Shown piece after piece: positions 11,781 to 23,000 of a DNA stretch of 64,000 nucleotides. The number at the start of each line of letters is the position of its first letter. Position 1 is the stretch's first letter. This DNA is from Asterias rubens (Eukaryota): positions 9,486,001 to 9,550,000 of the forward strand of contig NC_047078.1 of assembly GCF_902459465.1 (NCBI RefSeq). Direction: 5' to 3'. The translations under genes and the position numbers were made by a program. The notes beneath the pieces are model-generated. The model was not told where the DNA came from. It searched no databases and worked only from the letters and a program-made list of their open reading frames with translations.

Positions 11781-14700
11781 TTACCCGCAGATTAAAGGTA
11801 TGCCTGCATTATAAAATTATGTTGAGGAAATAAAAAACAATTATTTCAAACTTAAGAATAACGGAAATAATTCGAATAAAATGATAAAAATGATACAGAG
11901 TCCACTGATTTTGATCAAGAAGACCTAGAAAGTCAATTGTTATTATATATCTATATCTATATATATTTGTTTTTGGCGTACGAAAACCATTTATTACAAC
12001 TACAACAAAATCATTTGAAAGACTTACCACCAAATAAATCCAAAAATAAGAAGTGAACGGTTCCAATTGAGATGAAACTACGTTAGTTATGCACATGTTC
12101 CCTATGGGAAGATTATTCCGAAAAGGGTAAACGTATACTCATCTCAGGACTGTATTTTGCAGGGGTTGAACCCCTTGGCGCTTCGGTGTAAAAAAAAAAA
12201 ATCAAAAACAGTGAAACCTTACCATGAATAGACTCGTCTTCCAGTCCGTTGCATATTTCCCGATACTCTGTTGATGCAATCAGGGCGTTGAGGGCGGGAT
12301 TCCACCATGTCGCTAACGTATTATCCTTCCTCATCATCATGCTGTATCCCTGCAAGGAGCACCCATCGATGCGATCTGAGGCTAGCTGAAGGTTATTTTT
12401 TACGCCCAGGAATTCACTGATGAAAACAGCATCCACCTGCAATGAAAACACTACTTGTTATTTTGTTATCAGTCTTCTGCCTAAAGCAAGCAGCTAGTCG
12501 AACGTATTGAGACCAATAATATTACCCGGCGCGGTAGTGATGATAATTAATAACGATCCAGTCCCGGCCAATTTTCTACATTCCGCCTAGGTAGTAAAGA
12601 AACAGGACAGCTCTTTTTAGAACCGAGAAGCCTCTCGAATTCCGAAAAACTACTCCGCGGTATAGTAGAATATAAAGCGAGACAAGTTCTCAAAAGAACA
12701 TGATTTACCTGGCAAGTAGATACACACATGCTGTTACCGCAAACCAAATTGATCCCTCATGCCTCAAATCCCATATGGTTTGATTTCAATGTTGAGAATG
12801 TTCAACTGATAACATCACAAATCTAAAAATGAGGATATAGCCTCGAATCAAAGACGACCTCTGCAGTAATATTATTGTTCATATGTTCATACATGTACCC
12901 ACCTCGCCATTGTTGACTGCTGAGAGTAAATCCTGCTGAGTCAAATAGTTAATAACTCTTCCCTCCGTCAGATCATGGCCCTATAAAAAAAGGATCAGAG
13001 AAATTTCTTTTAGAAGCAAAGCTTGATAGGCATGAGGTCGCAAAAGACATGCATATGCATTGAGACAAAGGATAATAATTACAATTTGGTGAACCAAAAT
13101 TTTAGTCTTGCTTGGTGACGTTTGTTGCCTACATCATTAATGAGTTTTAGGCCGAGATGTTTCAATGTTTCCTATGGAAACAAAACTGTGCTTATTTAAC
13201 ATAATGTTACTGGCAAAAATGTCATGCCATAAACATTGCTTGTGACTGGTATTTAGCTGTTGTTTACTTTGCATAACAACTGATTTGAGTCTTCAATCCG
13301 CGCCGGTAATCTAATTTTACTATTAAGCAAGGATTTTTTTTTTTTGCTTAAGCAGCTCCATGAAATTGGGCACAGGACGAGTGACAGGGGGAGAATGAAT
13401 GACCATGAGGGGCTAAGCCATTGATATTAGTTACATTTATAGCATACATATTTTGTAACTTAAAATAATAATTACCACGACTTCTGTCAGGCTTTGTATG
13501 CAATCTTCATCTTCAATATAGTAGCGTAAAAGACCGATGGTCTTCCCGGTGATGTTACGCCAGTTGAAGGCGCCCTCTGGGGTACCAGACTTCACCATGA
13601 ACACGGCGAGGTGTTTCTTAGCGTGCGCTTCGGTGAACGAGAAAGTGCGCGCACGGCGATATGTAACTGGCCATCCTGAGTGGACAGTAAAAACAAAAGT
13701 CAATCAAAGTTAATTAATCATGAATTAAATAAGTTTGTTCTGTTTTGTTTCTTCTTTCTTAGTCTTTCCAAACACAAGTAGGATATTGCGCCTCCATAAG
13801 ACTGTTTTTCGTTATGTACTGCTAAAGATGGAAATTTAATTATTTGTTGAAACAAAAAGTGGTAAGGGTATGTTTGCTGTCACTGTCACGCTCGACCAAT
13901 TTTAGCACAACATTTCACAGATTAATTGTTTATTTATTTTATGCATATTTTTGGGATACATAAAGTTAGTCTATACTGTCTTTGACAATTGTGAAAATAA
14001 TGTATAGCGCACGATCTACCAACAAGGTATACAAGGTGCTTAAGATACTTTTTTTAAAGAAAGAAAGGTTTTCGAAGTTGTGAAATTCTGAGACCCAATT
14101 ATAAAGCACCTAATAAGGGTACAATGTATACTACGGCGCATTCAACAGCCACTACCAGGAACACCAGGGCGAACCCATTCTCTTAGCGATAAGTGTTACT
14201 GGTATCTTTTAAGTGCATTTTACACAACGCACGGGACCAACGGTTTTAAGTCCCATTCGAAGGTGTCCAAAGCCTTTAATAAAATAAATAACTGTACCTG
14301 TGCATGCATCATACCACCTTCCCAGAAGCCCAATACCGCCTCCCTGTTTCTCGATGTCATCTCCTATAGATTCCCAGCATCGGTTGTAGTCATCCCAGTC
14401 TAGTCGGCAGCTCTTTTGAGCAATCCTACAAACTGTAAACACGTCAACAATGAATTTGATTATTTACAATGTTATAGTCATTGTACTATATAATATTAAG
14501 TAATCATCAGTGTTTTGTTGTGTGAGGTGTCCTAAAGCGACTAGCAAACAAAAAGCTGTGGCGCAGGTTTGGGGATGCCGGCCGGGCAAACGTTTTCTGA
14601 CGTCAGGTGATGAGACTGAAAATTAATAAAAAGGACTCACACGGGATTGACACTTGAGCCAAGTCTGTATACGAGTTGGCGGCAGGGGATATGATGGCTA

Positions 14701-15441
14701 CGACATTTGCTAAGAGTGTTTTATCTATCGTACAACTGCAACTGTAATTTCTGCCATCCTAACCCTTCAAAATCCAATCGAGGTACTTCTTACCTGCGTT
14801 AACGACATCAATGTTGTAGCCTTTGACCTGGCCACTCTCAGGTTCACTGTAGTAAAACAAAGAATTATAACGGTAAAAGTATACAAATAACTTGAAGAAA
14901 CAATAATTAATTTGAAGAAACAATATAGTTTCAAATGGCATGACAGCGTATAGCTTGTTAACTTTTAGCAATTTGTGCTATAGAAGTTTTGAAAGGAAAG
15001 CAAACGAATCTGTTTGTCCTAAATTATTGTTAAATGCATACAAATTAGATGATTTATCAATAATGTGATTGATCTAGAAATTGTCTTTGAACCAAACGCA
15101 CAACGACTTGAATGAGCACTTTCAAGTTTTCAACACAATCAAGTTTACCGCAATAAAATTATACGAGTATTGTACTCTATGGTCACAAAACTTACACGTA
15201 TTCGAGTCTATTACTGTAATCTCCAATAGCAAAAGTCCAAACTCGATCGGTGGTTTCTGGTATTTCAGCCGCTGCTGGAACTATGGAGATTAAATTAATT
15301 AACAGAGATTGCACACAAAGGGCATTTAAAATCAAACATCGTGGAACTTCTAAAGATTACACAGGGAGTTTTGTGTACGGAATTTAATTAAAACAAATAA
15401 CTATTACAAATTATATAAACTTAAACTCCCCTCCCCCCAAA

Positions 15442-15473
<32 letters not shown>

Positions 15474-16018
15474 ATAAAAAAAAATAAAAAAATGAGAGGT
15501 TTAACATGCCTAACAAATTAATTCCTTAATGTGGAAATTAAGTATTGTATAGGCCCTTTAAGTACCTGTATAATACAGGGAAAAGCAGAGATTAATGCTA
15601 TAAATGAATCTGCGTTTAGGTATGAAAAACGAGAAGTGAAACAAATATATCGATTGTTTAGACTGTTAAAGAAATTGCAAAACTTGCACTAACCTGTTTG
15701 TGGAACTGTCATTTCATTTTTAACATCAACGTAAATATTGCCTTTATTGGCAACTCCAATAAACCCGAACAGCAGCGCAAGAGATGCTACTACCAACGCT
15801 ACGACAACCAACGCAGTGCCACCGCATTTCTCTCGGCCACAACAGCCGTACTCCCGACGCTCTACTACACGGTTCATTTTAGCGAAGGTAACCTTAGACG
15901 GGTAATTTCTCTCAGTAGGATTCTCTCCTTGCTTGTTGGTGTTTGTTGTGTCACCATTTTTCGGCAAGATCATGTCCACCTCAGGTACCATAAGAGCTGG
16001 TTGGTTTGTTTCGCTCAT
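11781..16018 (-). CDS. Single-pass (probable type II) membrane protein with an extracellular bacterial-type amino-acid solute-binding domain (SBP_bac_3/PBPb; ArtJ/HisJ/ArtP-like), 370 aa, 8 exons
   Basis: Exons (minus): 16018-15694, 15280-15196, 14846-14794, 14432-14298, 13675-13476, 12980-12903, 12436-12223, 11803-11781. All are GT-AG with consistent phases (1,2,1,1,0,0,1); total 1113 nt, no internal stop. The product has a TM segment TALVVVALVVASLALLFGFIGVA followed by family-3 SBP motifs in order: VWTFAIGDYSNRLEY, VKGYNIDVVNAVCRIA, YDACTGWPVTYRRARTFSFTEAH, LAVFMVKSG, ITGKTIG, AVNNGEVDAVFISE, GYSMMMRKDNTLATWWNPALNALIASTEYREIC. Confidence 0.85.
12530..12750 (-). repeat. Dispersed repeat family I (GGTTTGCGGTAACACCATGTGTGTATCTACTTGCCAGG...)
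   Basis: Recognisable copies at 22228-22360 (+) and 33288-33435 (+). Class not determined. Confidence 0.6.
14090..14275 (-). mobile_element. SINE family H (tRNA-derived head; body ...GGATGGGACGTAAAGCCGTTGGTCCCGTGTGTTG...CCCAGTGCAC...CCGGTGTTCCTGG), partial
   Basis: Shared body with copies at 21765-22010 (+), 40480-40775 (-) and 44735-45045 (+). B-box-like GGGTTCGA heads are present in the 21765 and 40480 copies. Confidence 0.65.
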
Positions 16019-18522
16019 TTTCCACCCTTTTTTCGGCGTATTCTTTGCTATGGTGTGACACAGCCAGTATACTTACGAGAACTGATTCAAGTTTCATGGA
16101 TTTCGCACAAACACAAATACATAACCTTGGGGAATAGCTTGCAAAGAGTATAAGTCGAGACTAGCCCTGCCGGCGGCCTTGCACTTTCGTGTTATGATAC
16201 AGCACAGAGGAAGGCTCCTATAAAAGGGCTAAACTAGAAACCATGATAGCAAGTCTATGTAAAAACGTATTAATTTTTTACTAAAAAGCAATAATAGTCA
16301 ACAATCCGGGCCACATGTTCTACTCCAATGCCTCCATTCATGAGAGAACAATAATTTGAAACGTGTAAAGTTGTGTGCGACATGACCTTACAAGTATCTA
16401 TTGTGTAACTCCCTCTACAGCATTATTTTTTTACGTTGGCTTGATTTCAATTTCTTTTCCAGAAAGTCATGCAGAGACCTCCAGGTTTTACTATTTTGTT
16501 GTGTGGAATCTGAGCTAAACCTCTGCTCATGTTGATTCCTGATCCTCTGTAATCATTTCTGCAGAAATAGAGCCCGATTTAATAAGGCCTGTGTGAGCGC
16601 AACAAATTGCTTAGCATATTGCTTAGCAGGAAAATGGTTATTAGCCAATTTGCATTGTTGTGACTAGTGCCACACCACTAGTCACATAGAAATAAAAATT
16701 CGCTCGTGGCCCAATTTCCCAGAGCTGCTAAGCACATCAATGTGCTTAGCATGAACTTTTTACCTTGATAAAAACTGTATTACCAACCAAAATTCCACGT
16801 GATTTTTCAGGATTTAGCAAACAACAGCCAAATTAATATAAAGCAAAATGCAACAAATGGAAATTTTGGTTGGTAATCCTGTTTTTATACGAACGAAATT
16901 TCATGCTAAGCAAATTTGTGTGCTTAGCAGCTCTATTGAATTAAGCCCTGGTTTCAGCTCTCATCCACTGCAATAACTATATAGTTCTTCAATCGGTGCA
17001 CACTTATTACAACAATACCCATCAAAGTAGTTGAATTCCTTCCTCCGTGTTTGTTTAGTGAATCACTACTTGGAATTCATCGTTCAAACAGGACTAGGGC
17101 ATATGGATATAGCATGCGTGCTTTAGTTAGTACGAAATTGGCACATGAACTTCAAGCACACTGAAGTATGAGGTTACCTATTCGTCGTTGTGTAAAGCAA
17201 TTCATAAGATTTACAATGAAGATATAATGTCATTTTCGATTCGGGTTCGCCCTACTCATTAAACAGTGATGTAATACTATTATATTATAGTGCTGGCCCT
17301 AGGCCAGCTGTGATTGGCTACACACAGGTCACCGACACCACCATTATACACTCGCGTGCCAATAGTATGCAAATTACTATAGTAAGTGTCAATCATCCAA
17401 GTGCATGGATGGATAAACAACTTGGAAAAGTGGCTTCCCGCCTCTTTTGTCCATAATGAGATTTTATCGGTGCTAAAACAATGGGCTGCTTATTATCATG
17501 GAGCAATAAACTAGTATTGCTCCATGTTATTATGCACACAAACGAAAAGTCTGTCACAACAACTTTGACCAATGGCAGTCAAGTGTCATGCGGTATTTTG
17601 CCTGCGTAGTAATGTAGGCCATTTTTTAGTGAACATTGAGAAAAAACATATGCCGCAAATAATTTTTTTTTTCTTTTTTTCTGATCAAAATATTTCCAAT
17701 GAACAAATTTATGCAAGATTTATTTCACAAACTTCTTTTAAAGTCACTAAAATTGTGAAATTTTACGAGCGGATGAATAAGTTTTCGATGTCTTGCATTG
17801 GACCGTAACACAAAATAAACCGCATCACTCAGTCATTCGCCCATCACACAGTGCAGACGTTTTTCCCCGTGCACGCGCGTTGTTACTTTTGCAGCTGAAA
17901 TTCAATGGAAGAGGATTGTGGATTTATGCGGCGACGTCTAAATTTACGAAACTAAATTGACTGGGAATTACTTCACTAGGGCAAAGTGCGTCGGTAAATA
18001 ACCCTTAGCTTCTTCTACTGTCTGTGTGGAATATGACACACTTAAATAAAGGTAAGAAACGTTTTAAATACATAACTACTTTGAGAGTATAGCCTATTCT
18101 AAAAACCGGTTCTATTTAATTTAGAGACAAATAATCAATTTAGGGCAAAATTATATTTTTTTTTGCGGGGCCGGAGATAAGCAGATAGAGCAAGACTAAT
18201 AATAACGTTGCCAAATGTTTTTAGACCGGTGTAAATATTTATCTTTGTTGTATGTGCCTAAGTTGTGGTCATAGGCCCACATGTCAAATTAATTTCTAAA
18301 TAAAACAGATAATTTATTACGCATAATCCTTCTGAAACAAGTGCTGTTTGCGGGGTAAATAAGCACTGAATAATGTCTAGACAATTTAAGTGTTGCACAA
18401 AAATGTTACATTGCTTGACAATACAAAAATCACAGGTAAAAAAAAAAATGGGTGTCCAATCATTCATATAATAATTACAGATAAAAGAACAGGGTGTCAC
18501 CAAAATTAAAACTTGGACTTAC

Positions 18523-19015
18523 CAATTTGTCAGTCCTGTGTGGTTGCCTTGACCTAGCATGTTGACGTCTCGCTCGGCAAAGATATAATAGAGTAATTGA
18601 TTTGTTGGCAGAGCAGATCAAGAGTGCGAGGGCGGGGTCTATTAATTACGGAGGAATCAACTTGTTTTTATAACGATCCGTTTGCAGAAGAAGTGTGTAT
18701 GTGTCTCATATGTAGCCATTTCTGACAGCCTTCAAATTCAATTTGTGTGTTAATTATCAAAACCCTTAATTTATTGTGTACTCATTTTTCTTTCTGTGAG
18801 AATCGATATAAGGCTACAGAGGCCCCAATCACTCAGCCACAAAACCACCGTACCGTGAAATTTCGAATACTCGCTCGGTTACTCCGAATCGAAAGAAGAA
18901 AAGCGCCCTCAAGAGTTGTCCCTTCGTCAAGTCCGTGTAAAAGTCAATGAAACTTGAAAATATTATAGCGCACAGCACACTCTTCAAGCTTCTTGGATAA
19001 TCCCTACACATTACG
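18523..19015. promoter_or_regulatory. SMG9 promoter / first non-coding exon region, possibly bidirectional
   Basis: CpG-richer island with GC box GGGCGGGG near 18630. Plus-strand donor ACG|GTGAGT at 19015/19016, matching acceptor ttttgacAG at 20035. Opposite-strand donor TTG|GTAAGT at 18523/18522. Confidence 0.45.
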
Positions 19016-20088
19016 GTGAGTGTATGACTGAGTAGATTTGGTCAAGGCTTATATAAACTATATATATAGCTGTAGAGTATAATTGCATTTTTTGATAGTT
19101 TTGTTCATTACTTAAAACCTTTTTTTTTTAATTACACCATCGGCATAACCATGGACTCTATTATTATCTATGGAGGTAGTCTACCTCCATGGCATAACTG
19201 ACTGACGTGACTCTCTCGTCGGCGGTCACATCACTCTGTATCACTCACTGTACACAGTAGTGTAGTGTTAATTACTGGTGTATACTGTACTTAACTCTGG
19301 CTAGTAGGGCCTAGCATAGAGCAAGGAAGAGAGTAGGGAGTAGTACCGAGTAGTAATATCACACCAGTGACCATGACACAAGTTCAAGTTGTCGGTTGTT
19401 GTGGTAGTGTTCACTGCAGTGCAGTTCAAGTAAACAAAAAACATCAACAATCAATTGACTATCGAATCGTATCATTTATTACCGTATACTATTAGTACTA
19501 TACTTATAGTAGTACTCTTGAGACAATGAGAGAGCGCACATGTTTTTGTGACATTTAATAAATATCAATAACTTTTCTTTATATAGGCCTATATTAAAAA
19601 TTAATATTTCTTTTTATTTATTATTTAAGTAAAAATTAATATTAATGAAGTAATTATAACACACATTCAGTCAGTGTGATATTAATTGTTTGTATTAATT
19701 AATATTGTTCTTTTCATGTTCATTAATTATCTTTTATACCTTATTATAAATTGGGATTTTAAGTATAATACAATTACAATATATACAACTTGGCAAACCT
19801 CTCGGGCAAACCTTGGCAAACCTCTCGGGCCGTTTTAAAGTAAGTTTTCTATTTATCTACTAATGATAGTAGCTCTTTAGATCCGAGACCACAATAAACA
19901 CAATATTTTTCATTTAAATTTTTACTGTTTAACATTCAGGTTATAAGCTTTTCTTTTAAATTTAATAAATAAAATAAAATTAATAAAAGATTGTGGCCAT
20001 GTAACAACAATAATAGCCTTTCTATTATTTGACAGTTCTAGATCTGCGTCTTATGGATGACCAAACGATCTGATGACCAAGTGAAAAC

Positions 20089-23000
20089 ATGTCATCAAAA
20101 GTACCAGGAGGAATTGTGGGCGGAGCTAGTGGGAGTAGCACTGGGGGAGCAAGACGACGCAGGAGAAGAGGCAGGTCAAAGGTCAGCAATGATTTCTCAT
20201 TCCAATCTTTGGATCTCTTCCATAAACTCATTCCAATCTTTAGATCTCTTCCAAAAACTACACTAAGGCCGTAAGGGTTCGTATTCGACACTGCCTGGGG
20301 CCAGTGATTTTCAATGTTTTAGCCTTTGGCCAGTAAACTCCTGACCAGATGCAAATGTATGTCCAGCAGTTATACATTTTTCAATGGGAGACATTTGGGA
20401 CGCTTGGTGGCAGCAGACTTACCAGGTAAAATCCGTTGTTCTCGGTAATGTGCGCATGGTCGGAACTATGTAAACAATGGAAATATACCTGGTAAGTCTG
20501 CTGCCACCTAGCGTTCTAAAGTCTACCATTGAATAGTGGCAGAATAGTGGTCACTACCTCAAACTGAAAGGAATAATGTTCAAATGTTGATGTTGAGTTT
20601 CGAGTACAAAATACAATTCTGTTGTGTATTAAAATCAAAGCAAGGTAAACTGTATCAAAAGCTCTGTCTTAATGAAGATTCTGGTCAATTGTGAAATAAA
20701 TTCTAGCCCGGTAAACATTTTGAGCTACAAAGTACAAGCCTTGTCTTGTGAATTTTTCAATCCCTGTCATAAGAAGGTATGCTCGACTGTATTTAGGACA
20801 GCCACTGAGGATCGTGACATCCTCTATTGGAGAATTATATAAGGGGGACTTATGTCTGGACTTTTTCTGTTTCCTTAAGACGCAGGAAGATCTTAGAGAT
20901 GAGACAAGTTCTCCTCAGCTGAGTAAGCCAACAATAATTCTTGCCAAATCTACTGCATCTCAACCACAGGTAAGAACATTAATCAATATAATGTTAAATT
21001 GTTGCCATACCTACTGCTAAAATATAAGTAGGATTTCTTTTTTTATACTGCCTCTAGCTACTGGGCAAACTCAGTTGTCTAGTTGGTAAGACACTGCTCT
21101 AGAATTTCAAAAAGATCATGGGTTCAATTCCCATGACGAATATGCCTATGATGTTTTTCATCGAACTCAGGAAAGTACTGAGTATATACAGTGCTTACAT
21201 ATTTGGTGTATGGTCAAAACCAAGTTTTAAAAAAAAAATTTTTTTTTTGCAGAGTAAATCAGATTTGTATGGCTCATCACCAGAACCAGGGGGTGCTACT
21301 CTTTCATCCCAAACGGGTGAGCCTGCAAAGTCTACTCCTCAGTTTAAAATCAAAGCTCGACCCAGTGAATCTACTCCCTATAAACCCATTCCAACTTTCC
21401 CACAAGCCAACTCCTCAGCAATGAACTATCAATCTCCTGTTACCACGGCAATATACGCATCGTCCCCGTCACAGGGAGATGCAGGACAGTCTGGTGCTGG
21501 TAGTTACTCTGCAGCTTCAAAGCCTGTGGGTCAGGTGACAAGACCACTTGGACAGTCCAGTGCAACCCCGGTGTTCACCATAGAGGGTAAGTGGAAATAC
21601 ACAACCTGGGACCTATATGTAATTTTGGCTGTTAACCTTTTCTGCGACGCAATACAAGGATACTTTAAGGTCCATTACCAATTTGTCCACATATTTCTCT
21701 TTTACCAAATTTCGTCTCCTTTTTTGACCATACAACTAATCTTTGTTATTGCTGAAAGTGTCGTGGTCGAGTGAATAAGAGCAACAAACTCAAGCTCTGG
21801 TGTTTTTTGATCAGCAAAGTGTGGGTTCGATACCTAGTTGTAACGTTTGTGTCTTAAGCAATAAGATGGTTTGTAAAGCCATGGGTCCTGTGTGTTGTGA
21901 ATGTTTATTGTATTAAAAAAGAACCCAGTGCACTTATTGAAAAGAGAAGGGTGACTGGCCCCGGTGTTCCTGGTTTGATTGGCTGAATATTGCGCTACAG
22001 CTATGGTGCTTTGTAAACTGATAAGCCGTCGATTTCACAAAACTCTTCCTAACTTAAGACTAATCTTAGGACTTAGGACGAGTCTCAACCCTGCACTGTA
22101 GCATGCAGACCTTAAGATTAATCCTAACTTGAGATAAGACGAGTCCTAACTCTTTGTGAAATCGACCCTAGGTCTCATATTTCAGCACTAGGTTCAGCAT
22201 GTATAACTCCACATACATATATATTTGGTTTGCGGTAACATCATGGTGTGTATCTACTTGCCAGATAGAGTCTGTTCTTAGAGAACTATCTTTCTTTATT
22301 CTACCACCGTGGAGTAGATTATGAAGGAAAATACTGACAGCGCATAGGGACCTCACGGTGATGGTTAATTATTATCATTGTTATTATCACGTACAGTTCC
22401 TGTCCACAATCGACTGACAGCACCACCCGACATGAAGCAAAGTGTGAAACTAGTGGATGACAACCTCCAGTGGTGTGACAATGGCATGGAGGTAAAAACT
22501 TATTTTAATAATAATAAAAATAATTACACAGCATTTATAAAGGCGCACTGAATCTGGTGTAAAACCATTCAAAGGCACCAGTCAAGATGGAAAAGAGGGA
22601 ATTCTCAAGTGTTAGGGAAAGCAAGTGTGAACAGGTGTGTCTTAAGTTGCTGCTGAAAGATGGAGTTGTTATGTATTTCCCTGAGGTTTTCAGGGAGTGA
22701 ATTCCAGGACCTATGGAAAACCCCCTGTCCCCGTAGCTGGCTAGACGAGACCGGGGAACAAGGAGCATGTTGCTTGTGAATCTAAGACCTGGTCTTGTAG
22801 TACGGGGAGTCAACAGGTTTTAGTTTCCCTCGTGGTTCATTACTTGATATTTGAAATAGTTGTGTCCCCTTAAGGTGATTCCCTCTTTCCCTCTTAAGGT
22901 GGATTGTTTTATTCTATGTTTAAAATTTAAAAATCTTTCTAACAATTATGCATTTTAAAACAAATGGCTTTCATAGATCAACTCGCATGGTCTAAGGCGA

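Noticed and set aside
16048-16076. Minus-strand donor (CTC|GTAAGT) and acceptor (catAG) just upstream of the SBP-like ATG
   Set aside because: They would define a 29-nt intron, too short to be credible, and the acceptor has no pyrimidine tract; cannot be interpreted without transcripts.
16218-16224. TATAAAA near the SBP-like gene start
   Set aside because: It is on the plus strand, the wrong orientation for the minus-strand gene, and no plus-strand gene follows it.
20068-20095. CTGATGA...GAAA resembling a hammerhead ribozyme core in the SMG9 leader
   Set aside because: Stem II cannot form (CCAAGT, lacks the G10.1-C11.1 pair) and stems I and III are not evident.
21118-21774. 218-aa ORF as a stand-alone gene
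   Set aside because: Its start lies in a family G repeat; only 21253-21586 is SMG9 exon 3 and the rest is intron read-through.
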